Below are positions 1 to 8,617 of a stretch of DNA of 47,663 nt, piece after piece (position 1 is the first letter of the stretch; every line of letters begins with the position of its first letter). The translations under genes were made by a program, and so were the position numbers. Source of the DNA: Candidatus Harrisonbacteria bacterium (lineage in GTDB: Bacteria; Patescibacteriota; Minisyncoccia; UBA6257; WO2-44-18). The stretch spans positions 1-47,663 of the forward strand of contig JACOXP010000008.1 of the NCBI GenBank assembly GCA_016182295.1, in the 5' to 3' direction. Under the pieces are notes generated by a model, which searched no databases, had not been told where the DNA came from, and was given only the letters and a program-made list of their open reading frames with translations.

Positions 1-22
1 CCCCCATTTCTGCACGATCCAT
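1..22 (-). CDS. 5' end of a gene running off the left edge (MDRAEMG...)
   Basis: On the minus strand: ATG at 22, GGAGG SD 5 nt upstream, TATACT (57-62) and TTGACA (80-85) with a 17-nt spacer. Confidence 0.55.
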
Positions 23-124
23 AGTAGCCTCCATTTCTAGCGATGTTCTAGAGAACAGTATAGCCTAAATTGATGAAGATGTCAAGGAAATTTCCATGAC
101 AAAATAGTTTATAGGAAAAGTAAT

Positions 125-182
125 AAAAGTGTCACATGACGCAGGGATAAAAAAGAGCCCGACAATTAAGCTTGTCGAGCCC
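125..182. repeat. Degenerate copy of the cassette-boundary unit seen at 46-47.6 kb
   Basis: aaaagtGTCAcatg-acgcag-ggataaaaaa followed by a hairpin (155-182) starting 24 nt after GTCA, the same spacing as the right-end copies. Confidence 0.5.
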
Positions 183-435
183 ATGATTTTAGTGAGGCCA
201 AGAATTCCTCGATCGCACTGTTATTGTAGCTTTCAAGAGGAAACACCGGTTTACCCCGCTGGATAGCTCGCTCACGATCTCGTTTGGCACCGTTTGAATG
301 TTTCCATCCTGGCAGTAGAACAAATGCTTCGCAAGAGAGATCATAGATAGCGTCGTCCAGAGCGTGATAGTAAGCTTCTGGTGCTTGAGCTAATCGTTCA
401 AATCGAGCTGTGTGGCTATGAGGCGCAAAGAAAGA
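166..435 (-). pseudogene. 5'-truncated DUF4406/DUF1937-like (nucleoside deoxyribosyltransferase-fold) gene remnant
   Basis: Manual translation ...FFAPHSHTARFERLAQAPEAYYHALDDAIYDLSCEAFVLLPGWKHSNGAKRDRERAIQRGKPVF...WARQA*; the C-x-A-xx-LLPGWxxSxGA motif is recognisable; no ATG/GTG/TTG upstream of the recognisable motif before an in-frame stop. Confidence 0.6.
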
Positions 436-504
436 AAATGTTTCTACTAACGACGAGAAGTTAATTGGCGAGCCTGTTAATTTCGGGTAAAATATAGATA
501 TTAT

Positions 505-3500
505 ATGTTGAATTTACTGAAATCTTTTAATTTGCCTCAAATTGAGGAGAAAATTCTGAAATTTTGGAAAGAAGGCCGGGTTTTTGAAAGAATCCAAGAA
601 TTACGGAAAAAATCGAAAAAAGCCAAACCCTTTAAATTTTTTGAAGGCCCCCCAACCGCCAATGGGCGGCCGGGCATCCATCACGTGCTCGCTCGTTCTT
701 TCAAGGATGTCATTCCGAGATATAAAACAATGCGCGGGTTTTTTGTCTTAAGGCGCGCCGGTTGGGACACTCACGGTCTACCGGTTGAGCTGGAAGTTGA
801 AAAAAAACTTGGCATTAAAACCAAGCAGGAAATAGAAAAATTCGGAATCGTTGAATTTAATACCCAGGCGAAAATGTCCGTCTGGGCGTATAAAAGCGAT
901 TGGGAAAAATTAACCGAACGGATCGGTTTCTGGCTTGATTTTAACGACCCTTACATTACCTACAACAATCCATACATTGAGAGTTTGTGGTGGATCTTTT
1001 CAGAAATAGAGCGGCGGGGCCATTTAAAAAAACTTCACAAAATCGTTCCCTGGTGTCCGCGTTGCCAAACGCCGCTTTCGAGCCACGAGCTTGGACAGCC
1101 GGGCGCGTATCGGACCACCAAAGATCCTTCCGTCTATATCAAATTAAAAATTAAAAATTCAAAAACCAACGATTGCCTGCTGATCTGGACGACAACGCCC
1201 TGGACTTTGCCTGGCAACGTGGCGGTCGCGGTTAATCCGAAACTCACCTACACAAAATATAAGGTTGGCGGTGAATATCTTTGGAGCTATAACGTTCCCC
1301 CGAAGACCGAAAAGGGAGAACCAGAAGTCGTTGAAAAGCTTTCCGGAAAAAAATTGGCCGGCCTGGAATACGAACCGCCCTATCCGAATGAAGGCGCTCA
1401 TAAAGTCATCGAAGCTGATTTTGTTTCCACGGAGGAAGGAACCGGTCTGGTGCATATTGCGCCGGCTTATGGAGAAGACGATTTGCGCGTCGCCGGCCAT
1501 GGGCCGATTCCAATGAGCGTTGATGATCGGGGGATTATGAAAAAGTCCGCCAGCTGGCGGATTCCCGGAGAAGGAAAATTTGTAAAAGAGGCGGACAGTG
1601 ACATTATCGCCGATCTTGAAAAAAGAAAAATTTTGCATTCAAGCGGTTTAATAGAGCACGAATATCCTTTTTGCTGGCGTTGCTCCACCCCGCTTTTGTA
1701 TTTTGCCCGCAAGTCCTGGTTTATCGTAATGTCGAAACTGCGGAGCGAAATGCTTTCGGCCAACAAAAAAATAAACTGGATTCCGGAGCATATCAAGGAA
1801 GGGAGATTTGGAGAATGGCTGCGCGACCTCAAAGATTGGTCGATTTCCCGCAACCGCTACTGGGGAACGCCGCTGCCGATTTGGGAATGCGAAAAGGACG
1901 AGACGCACCGTTTGTTTATCGGCTCGCTCGAAGATCTGAATAAGCACGCTTTCAATAAAAATCGATTTTTTATCGCCAGACATTCCGAGGCCGAGCATAA
2001 TATTAGCGGCACGTTGGCCAACGGTTCCGAAAGTGGCAATAATGCTTCCAAATTGACCGAGAAAGGCGTCAAACAAGCCGAAAGTATGGCTAAAGAATTC
2101 ACGAAGAAAAAGATAGATGTTATTTATCATTCGCCCTTGGCTCGGACAAAAGAAGTCGCGCAAATTATTGCCAAAGCGACGGGGGCGGAAACCATTGCCG
2201 ATAAAAGATTAACCGAAGTCAACGGAGGGAGTTTCAATAACCGTTCGGTTGGAGAATTCGGCGCGTTTTTCAAAAGCAAGATGGAGAGATTTTCCAAAAC
2301 GCCGCCCGGGGGAGAAAATTACTCCGATATTAAAAAGAGAATGCTTGAAGCGATTCGTGATATTAACCAGAAACACAACGAAAAAAATATATTAATTGTC
2401 AGTCACGGCGACCCGCTTTTTGTGCTTGAGGGCGCAGTACAGGGCCTTTCCAATGAAAAAATATCTGAAATTTCGAGCTTGCCGGTGGCCGGCTGGAAAG
2501 AAATAAGCTCCAATAATTGGCCGCTTAACAAAGACGGCGAACTTGATTTGCACCGGCCGTTCATTGACGCCGTTTGTCTTCAATGCCCCGATTGCGAAGC
2601 GAAAATGAACCGCGTTAAAGATGTTGCCGATGCTTGGTTTGATTCAGGCGCGATGCCTTTTGCCCAGTGGCATTACCCTTTTGAGAATAAACAACTGATC
2701 GACAAAGGCGAGCAGTTTCCGGCTGATTACATAACCGAAGGCATTGACCAGACGCGCGGCTGGTTCTACACGCTTCTCGCGGTTTCTATTCTTTTGAAGC
2801 GGGGCGCGCCGTATAAAAATGTCATTTCGCTCGGATTGTTGCTCGATAAACATGGCCAGAAAATGTCTAAATCCAAAGGCAATATTGTTGATCCATGGGA
2901 AATGATTAATAAATACGGCGCCGACGTTCTTCGTTGGTATTTTTTCACGATCAATCCACCCGGAGAGCCGAAGCGCTTTGACGAAAACGATTTGCGTAAA
3001 ACCGTAAACAAATTGTTTATGATTATTTATAACTCGTTTGTTTTTTACAAAACTTACGGCGAGGGAAGCTCCGAACCAATTCCAGCGCTCGATAATTGGG
3101 TTTTAGCCCGATTGCAGGAAACAATCGCGCAAGTTACCGAAGCGATGGATAAGTACGAAATAGGAGACGCGGCAAAATCAATCGAAAGATTAGTTGATGA
3201 TTTTTCCCGATGGTATATTCGCCGCTCCAGAAAAAATGTTTCCGGCCAAACTTTAAATAAAGTGCTTTCAATGTTGAGCAAATTAATCGCCCCCCTCACC
3301 CCGTTTTTCGCCGACGCTCTTTGGCAGTCTCTTGGCAATCGAGAATCCGTTCATTCTGCCGATTGGCCGGAAGTTGAGAAAAAACTTTTTGATAAAAAAT
3401 TACTGGGAGCAATGGCGGAAGTGAGAAAATTAGCCAGTTTGGCTTTAGCGGAACGAGAAAAAGCGGGCATTAAAGTTCGTCAACCTTTGCGAGAGTTAAG

Positions 3501-3897
3501 AATCAAAAATCAAGAATTAAAAAAATCCGATAAAAGTTTGCTGGATATTTTAGCCGATGAAGTAAATGTAAAAACGGTATCTTTTGATGATAAAATCACC
3601 GCTGAAATCGAGCTCGATCTTAAAATCACTCCGGAGCTCAAAAATGAAGGCATTCTCCGCGACTTGATCCGGATGGTTCAGGGATTGCGGCACGACGCGG
3701 GTTATCAGCCGCATAACAAAATCGCTCTGATGGCGGAATTGCCAAGCGATATTTTCAAAGTAGCGCAGGCGAATCTTGCCGAATTTAAAAAAGCCGTGAA
3801 TGCCCAAGAGGTTGAATTTAAACGAGATAAATTCGACGCTGAAATTTCCACCAATCTTGATGGCCAGAAAATTTGGCTGGCGGTGCGAAAAGTTTAG
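505..3897 (+). CDS. ileS: Isoleucine--tRNA ligase (IleRS2 type) with an inserted histidine-phosphatase domain
   Basis: EGPPTANGRPGIHH (HIGH-like), GWDTHGLPVE, WTTTPWTLP, ISRNRYWGTP, KMSKS; internal ARHSEAEHN...VSHGD insert. Confidence 0.97.
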   Translation: MLNLLKSFNLPQIEEKILKFWKEGRVFERIQELRKKSKKAKPFKFFEGPPTANGRPGIHHVLARSFKDVIPRYKTMRGFFVLRRAGWDTHGLPVELEVEKKLGIKTKQEIEKFGIVEFNTQAKMSVWAYKSDWEKLTERIGFWLDFNDPYITYNNPYIESLWWIFSEIERRGHLKKLHKIVPWCPRCQTPLSSHELGQPGAYRTTKDPSVYIKLKIKNSKTNDCLLIWTTTPWTLPGNVAVAVNPKLTYTKYKVGGEYLWSYNVPPKTEKGEPEVVEKLSGKKLAGLEYEPPYPNEGAHKVIEADFVSTEEGTGLVHIAPAYGEDDLRVAGHGPIPMSVDDRGIMKKSASWRIPGEGKFVKEADSDIIADLEKRKILHSSGLIEHEYPFCWRCSTPLLYFARKSWFIVMSKLRSEMLSANKKINWIPEHIKEGRFGEWLRDLKDWSISRNRYWGTPLPIWECEKDETHRLFIGSLEDLNKHAFNKNRFFIARHSEAEHNISGTLANGSESGNNASKLTEKGVKQAESMAKEFTKKKIDVIYHSPLARTKEVAQIIAKATGAETIADKRLTEVNGGSFNNRSVGEFGAFFKSKMERFSKTPPGGENYSDIKKRMLEAIRDINQKHNEKNILIVSHGDPLFVLEGAVQGLSNEKISEISSLPVAGWKEISSNNWPLNKDGELDLHRPFIDAVCLQCPDCEAKMNRVKDVADAWFDSGAMPFAQWHYPFENKQLIDKGEQFPADYITEGIDQTRGWFYTLLAVSILLKRGAPYKNVISLGLLLDKHGQKMSKSKGNIVDPWEMINKYGADVLRWYFFTINPPGEPKRFDENDLRKTVNKLFMIIYNSFVFYKTYGEGSSEPIPALDNWVLARLQETIAQVTEAMDKYEIGDAAKSIERLVDDFSRWYIRRSRKNVSGQTLNKVLSMLSKLIAPLTPFFADALWQSLGNRESVHSADWPEVEKKLFDKKLLGAMAEVRKLASLALAEREKAGIKVRQPLRELRIKNQELKKSDKSLLDILADEVNVKTVSFDDKITAEIELDLKITPELKNEGILRDLIRMVQGLRHDAGYQPHNKIALMAELPSDIFKVAQANLAEFKKAVNAQEVEFKRDKFDAEISTNLDGQKIWLAVRKV

Positions 3898-3933
3898 GAG
3901 TACACTTAAAACAGCTTTTTAAGGAATGGGAAA

Positions 3934-4287
3934 ATGGATGAAAATCCAGATTCTGGCGGGTCTTTGGGCTTATTTTTGTGGGAAACTCTACTGACAATCG
4001 CCGTCTGCCTTTTAGCCGCGGTTGTTATGGTCCGTGTTTTTGGTGGAGCTGCCGGCGCTGTAGTCGCGGCGATCTGGGGAATATTTTGGGGAATTTTTGC
4101 CGGTGTGCGCGTGTCGAGCTCAACTTTGGCGGCGGGATTTCTCGGTTTGATAATAGTGATTATCTGCGGCTTAGTATTTTTCTCATACGACCAGACCAAC
4201 GGTTTGATAGTTGTTATTTTCGCGTCTTTAAGCGCCGCTTCCGCGTTATTTGTGCGCATGCACATTGGAAATAATAAATTTGTTTGA
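3934..4287 (+). CDS. Small hydrophobic membrane protein
   Basis: About 4 hydrophobic segments; followed by a terminator hairpin. Confidence 0.65.
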   Translation: MDENPDSGGSLGLFLWETLLTIAVCLLAAVVMVRVFGGAAGAVVAAIWGIFWGIFAGVRVSSSTLAAGFLGLIIVIICGLVFFSYDQTNGLIVVIFASLSAASALFVRMHIGNNKFV

Positions 4288-4293
4288 ACAACA

Positions 4294-4317
4294 AAAGACC
4301 CCAGAACTGGGGTCCTT
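4294..4317. terminator. Hairpin between convergent genes
   Basis: aaagaccccag-aa-ctggggtcctt inverted repeat. Confidence 0.7.
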
Positions 4318-5303
4318 TATATTGCCAGGCCGATTTTCTCTTTCACCTCCGCTATTTTTTTTCCGGAGATTCTGGCGGCTTGCGCCGAACCGCGCTGGAG
4401 AATTTTTTTAATTTTAGCCGGTTTTTTTAATAATTCCATTTTCTTGCGGCGAAGCGGAGCGAAATGGCTCGCGACTAATTTAGCAAATGCCTTTTTAAAT
4501 TCGAAATAACCCCTGTTGCCGAATTGCCGCTCAATTTTTTCCATCGATTCGCCGGAAAGAGATTTATAAATCATCAGCATATTGGAAACAGCCGGTTTTT
4601 CTTTGGGATTGTACGCGATTTTACTTCCGGAATCGGTCACGGCGCCGCGGATTTTTTGATTGATTACCTCCGGAGAATCGTCAATAAAAAGACAGCCGGC
4701 CGATCGGGACTTGGACATTTTTTTAGTCGGATCATCCAAACTCATGATTCGGGGTGTTTCAGTCATCAATGCTTGCGGCTCCCTAAAAATAGATCCAAAT
4801 TTTTTATTGAATTTGCGCGCCAAAGTGCGAGCGAGTTCCAAGTGTTGAAGTTGGTCTTCTCCAACAGGTACCTGGTTGGCATCGTAGAGCAAGATATCGG
4901 CCGCCATCAATACGGGATAAGTAAACAACCCCACATTGGCCGACTCCTGGTGCGATCCGCTTTTTTCTTTAAACTGCGTCATCCGGCGAAGTTCGCCGAA
5001 GGGCGTAATAGAATTTAAGATCCAACTAAGCTCGGTGTGAGCCGACACTTGCGACTGAAGAAAAATCAGCGATTTTTTTGGATTTAATCCGGCGGCGATA
5101 TAATTCGCGGCCAGTTCAATAATCTGGTGAGGTTTTTCTTTGGGGACGAATTCTTCAGTCAGAGAATGAAGATCGGCAATGAAAAAATGGCAATTATATT
5201 TGCCCGAATTCTGCAGATCGACAAAATTTTTGAGAGCGCCGAGATAATTTCCCAAGTGAAGGCGTCCGGTTGGCTGGATTCCAGAAATAAGAACGGGCTT
5301 CAT
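4317..5303 (-). CDS. trpS: Tryptophan--tRNA ligase
   Basis: SGIQPTGRLHLGNY, YPVLMAADIL, VPVGEDQ, KMSKS. Confidence 0.97.
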   Translation of the reverse strand: MKPVLISGIQPTGRLHLGNYLGALKNFVDLQNSGKYNCHFFIADLHSLTEEFVPKEKPHQIIELAANYIAAGLNPKKSLIFLQSQVSAHTELSWILNSITPFGELRRMTQFKEKSGSHQESANVGLFTYPVLMAADILLYDANQVPVGEDQLQHLELARTLARKFNKKFGSIFREPQALMTETPRIMSLDDPTKKMSKSRSAGCLFIDDSPEVINQKIRGAVTDSGSKIAYNPKEKPAVSNMLMIYKSLSGESMEKIERQFGNRGYFEFKKAFAKLVASHFAPLRRKKMELLKKPAKIKKILQRGSAQAARISGKKIAEVKEKIGLAI

Positions 5304-7018
5304 ACTTCAATTATAACCGGAATAATCATCGGCCGGCGCTGGGTTTTGGTGAAAAGAAGCTGGCCAAGCTGGTCGCGGAACAAAGTTTTGAGATAATCCG
5401 GCTCGATATCGCGATGGCCAGTAACTCGACCCAAAATAGCCCGAATTTTTTTGCGAACGTCATCAAGGAGTCCTTGATTTTCCTTAAGGTAAATGAAACC
5501 GCGGGAAATAATATCCGGATTTTTGAGAAGCCGGCGATTGTGGCGGTCAAGGGTCGTAATGACTACCACCATGCCCTCTTTCGCGAGCAGACGACGGTCG
5601 CGAAGCACAATTTCGCCTACGTCACCGACGCCAAGTCCGTCAACCATCACGTATGACGCGTCAACGGTTTTATCGGTTACTTGAAAAGTATCTTTCGTAA
5701 GTTCGCATACTTGGCCGTTATCCACCAAAATCGCGTTTTCTTTTGGAATACCGACTGATTGAGCGTGCTTGGCGGATGCCGCGCGGAAGAAATAATATCC
5801 GTGCACCGGCACGACGAATTTCGGCTTGGAAAGTTTTATCACCAATTTCAAATCTTCAGCCGGTCCGTGACCGCTGGCGTGGATATCCAGAAATCGGGAA
5901 TTGTAGACCTGATCAACTTGGCGAGCGATGTTATCTTGCAGGGTCTGGACGCTTCGTTCATTGCCCGGAACAACGGAGGAAGAAAAAATCACCATATCGC
6001 TTCTCTTCAAAGTAATATAGCGATGTTCGCCGTTGGCAATTCTGGTAAGGCCGGCGTTTGGTTCGCCTTGTCCGCCAGTGGTTAAAATCATAACTTTGTC
6101 GTCTTTGTGGCTGTTTACTTCTTCCAGTTGGATAAAAATATCCTTTTTGGTTTTGATGTAGCCCATATTCACCGCGATTTGGATATTGTCTTTCATAGTC
6201 CTGCCGTTGAGGGCGATTTTTCGTCCGAGGCGTTCGGCAATTTTAATAATTTCGGCAAGACGCGTTACCAGCGAGCCGAATGTCGCGACAATAATCCGAC
6301 CGTTCGCTTTTTGGAAAAGTTCCTCGAGATTTTTTTCGACAATCCTTTCGGAAGTGGCGTGGCCTTCTTCTTGGGCGTTAGTACTGTCCAAAAAAATCGA
6401 ATGGACCCCCATCTTGCCGATATGCTCAAAAATTTTTAAATGTTCTTTTTCCGGCTTTCCGTTTATGTCAGTTTCCAAACGGAAATCGCCAAAATGGACT
6501 AGTTTGCCGACTGGCGTGTCTAAAATTAATCCGATGGAATCGGGAATGGTGTGGCCGACATCGAAAAACTCGGCTTGAAAGTATTCGCCGATTCGCAATT
6601 TGTCGCCGTTTTTAACAACCTGGAATCTCGGTTTCGGCAGATTGCGGAATTCTTGGAATCGTTTTTCCACCAGCGCCCGCGTGAAAGCGGAGGTGTAAAT
6701 GATCGGATTGCCTATCTTTTCGATTATATAAGGAAGGGAGTGAATGTGATCGTAGTGACCGTGAGTGAGGATCAAGCCGCGGATGTTTTCTCTCTTTTTC
6801 TCTAAGCTCGAAACATTTGGGATAATGTAGTCAATGCCGGGAGTTTCCTCTTCCGGAAACTGGATGCCAACGTCAACCATCACAATCTCGTTGCCGTACT
6901 CAAAATAAGCGCAGTTGCGCCCGACTTCCTCAAGTCCGCCCAAAGGGACAAACTTAAGAACTTCTTTTTCGGAAGAAGCTTCTTTTACTTTTGGTTTGGG
7001 TTTAAGAACTCTAATCAT
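5300..7018 (-). CDS. rnj: Ribonuclease J
   Basis: PLGGLEEVGRN, THGHYDH, HASGH, PVHG, RRPMIIP. Confidence 0.96.
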   Translation of the reverse strand: MIRVLKPKPKVKEASSEKEVLKFVPLGGLEEVGRNCAYFEYGNEIVMVDVGIQFPEEETPGIDYIIPNVSSLEKKRENIRGLILTHGHYDHIHSLPYIIEKIGNPIIYTSAFTRALVEKRFQEFRNLPKPRFQVVKNGDKLRIGEYFQAEFFDVGHTIPDSIGLILDTPVGKLVHFGDFRLETDINGKPEKEHLKIFEHIGKMGVHSIFLDSTNAQEEGHATSERIVEKNLEELFQKANGRIIVATFGSLVTRLAEIIKIAERLGRKIALNGRTMKDNIQIAVNMGYIKTKKDIFIQLEEVNSHKDDKVMILTTGGQGEPNAGLTRIANGEHRYITLKRSDMVIFSSSVVPGNERSVQTLQDNIARQVDQVYNSRFLDIHASGHGPAEDLKLVIKLSKPKFVVPVHGYYFFRAASAKHAQSVGIPKENAILVDNGQVCELTKDTFQVTDKTVDASYVMVDGLGVGDVGEIVLRDRRLLAKEGMVVVITTLDRHNRRLLKNPDIISRGFIYLKENQGLLDDVRKKIRAILGRVTGHRDIEPDYLKTLFRDQLGQLLFTKTQRRPMIIPVIIEV

Positions 7019-7025
7019 TCAATTG

Positions 7026-7105
7026 TGTGGGCAGAGAGGGATTCGCCGCCCAAATTTTATTTGGGCGAGCCTCGCCCATCGATTTAATCGATGGGCGGGA
7101 ACCCT
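7026..7105 (-). other. Orphan tRNA-like 3' end interrupted by a double-hairpin insert
   Basis: Minus strand reads AGGGTT-[54 nt, two CGCCCA/TGGGCG hairpins]-CGAATCCCTC-TCTGCCC-A. Confidence 0.5.
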
Positions 7106-7344
7106 TTTTGAAAATATTGTTTTAATTTTCTCCGACCGGCGCCACTTTTCCAATAAAGCTCTCGTTTTTTAGCCTCCTGCAGATTATCGTAGCATTCTGT
7201 AAAAAGAACTTTTAGTGGCCTTCTATGCTTTGTAGCCATAACGTTTCCAGAATTGTGCTCCTTCAACCTCGATCGCACGTCTTTTGTGTGACCGATATAC
7301 GTTTTCTTGTCCTTTAAACTCTGGAGAATGTATGTCCAAAACAT
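7084..7344 (-). CDS. Stand-alone GIY-YIG nuclease family protein
   Basis: WTYILQS...TYIGHT...RLKEHN...AKKRELYWKS. Confidence 0.9.
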   Translation of the reverse strand: MFWTYILQSLKDKKTYIGHTKDVRSRLKEHNSGNVMATKHRRPLKVLFTECYDNLQEAKKRELYWKSGAGRRKLKQYFQKGFPPID

Positions 7345-7350
7345 AGTTTG

Positions 7351-7434
7351 TGCCCCCCAGAGGATTTGAACCTCTACACCCTTGCGGGTACACGTACCTG
7401 AAACGTGTGCGTCTGCCGATTCCGCCAGGGGGGC
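7351..7434 (-). tRNA. tRNA-Leu(CAG)
   Basis: GCCCCCC acceptor strand, anticodon arm CACGT-TTCAGGT-ACGTG, long variable arm, GGTTCAAATCC. Confidence 0.95.
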
Positions 7435-7539
7435 TCCACAAAGAAACTCAGATTGCCGATGCCCGCTAATTATTAACTTTATAAGAAATTCAACGTTGCT
7501 TTAATGATATATCCAAACTTATCAAAAGTCAAATTCCGG

Positions 7540-7611
7540 TGCCGGCGGCAAGAATTGAACTTGCGACCTTGGTCTTATGAAAACCCTGCTCTGCCACTGA
7601 GCTACGCCGGC
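7540..7611 (-). tRNA. tRNA-Met(CAT), probably elongator
   Basis: GCCGGCG/CGCCGGC acceptor, TAGCTCAGTGG D arm, loop TTCATAA, GTTCAATTC. Confidence 0.88.
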
Positions 7612-7631
7612 GACTTTCCTTCGAAAGCATG

Positions 7632-7704
7632 TTGCGGGGACAGGATTTGCACATGTGACCTCCAGGTTATGGGCCTGGCGAGCTAACTACTGCTCTACCC
7701 CGCT
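7632..7704 (-). tRNA. Initiator tRNA-fMet(CAT)
   Basis: AGCGGGGTAGAGCAG start with a 1:72 mismatch, CCAGG-CCCATAA-CCTGG arm. Confidence 0.88.
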
Positions 7705-7778
7705 TGCCTATATTATCACAAAAATTGGCCAAAGGCAATGAGCTGATTTTTTGCCGTTTAATGTTAGAATGAAGCTAA

Positions 7779-8510
7779 ATGTCTAAGTTGATAATCGCCA
7801 ACTGGAAAATGAACCCGCGGACGCTTACTGAAGCGAGAGAGCTTGCCAAAGCGAGCGATATTGAAGGTTTAATAATCTGCCCGCCATTTCCTTTTTTGGA
7901 AGAGGTGGGCGCTACTATTAGGAAGGCGAAACTGGGAGCGCAGGACCTTTTTTGGGGGGAGGGGGGCGCTTATACCGGAGAAGTTTCGGCAGACGAACTT
8001 AAAGATATCGGCGTGGAATATGTAATAATCGGACATTCTGAACGTCGTCAAAATTTGGGGGAGACCGATGAAATGGTCGCTAAAAAAATCGCCGCCGCTC
8101 TCAAAGCCGGATTAAAACCGATTTTGTGCGTCGGGGAAACTCGCGCTGAACGAGATGCCGGAAAAACCGGATCAGTAGTGCAGCGGGAATTGGAAACGGG
8201 ACTTTTTTTGACCAAAAATCAGAAGTCGTCAATCGTTGTCGCCTATGAACCAATTTGGGCGATTGGCACCGGTACGCCGGATACCCCCGAAAGCATGCTG
8301 GAAATGGTAGAATTTATAAAGAACGTATTGAACCCTCAATCCCGCGCTTTAACCTTCAGCGTTATTTATGGAGGGTCTGTCACAAGCAAAAACGCGGAAA
8401 GTTTTTTCAGACATAAAGAAATCAACGGCGCGCTGGTCGGCGGCGCCAGTTTAAAAGGAGAAGAAATTAAAAAAATAGTCGAAATAGGAAAAAAATATGA
8501 GTCCCGTTAG
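7779..8510 (+). CDS. tpiA: Triosephosphate isomerase
   Basis: ANWKMN, GHSERR, AYEPIWAIGTG, YGGSV, LVGGASL. Confidence 0.97.
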   Translation: MSKLIIANWKMNPRTLTEARELAKASDIEGLIICPPFPFLEEVGATIRKAKLGAQDLFWGEGGAYTGEVSADELKDIGVEYVIIGHSERRQNLGETDEMVAKKIAAALKAGLKPILCVGETRAERDAGKTGSVVQRELETGLFLTKNQKSSIVVAYEPIWAIGTGTPDTPESMLEMVEFIKNVLNPQSRALTFSVIYGGSVTSKNAESFFRHKEINGALVGGASLKGEEIKKIVEIGKKYESR

Positions 8511-8617
8511 AACCAACTAAGCTATGAAAATCATAATTAACAAAGTAAAAAGGTCAGATATCAATAAACGCCAGTCGGCCGAGTCACGGTCGCCTTTGGC
8601 GACCTGGTTCTAACGGG
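8503..8617. mobile_element. MITE-like element with 13-bp terminal inverted repeats and a 6-bp target duplication
   Basis: ATGAGT-CCCGTTAGAACCA...TGGTTCTAACGGG-ATGAGT. Confidence 0.75.

Noticed and set aside
7540..7611. tRNA-Ile2(CAT)
   Set aside because: Cannot be excluded, but a separate UAU tRNA-Ile is present, so elongator Met is more parsimonious.
7223..7686. ORFs 7223-7441 and 7504-7686
   Set aside because: They are translations of tRNA genes.
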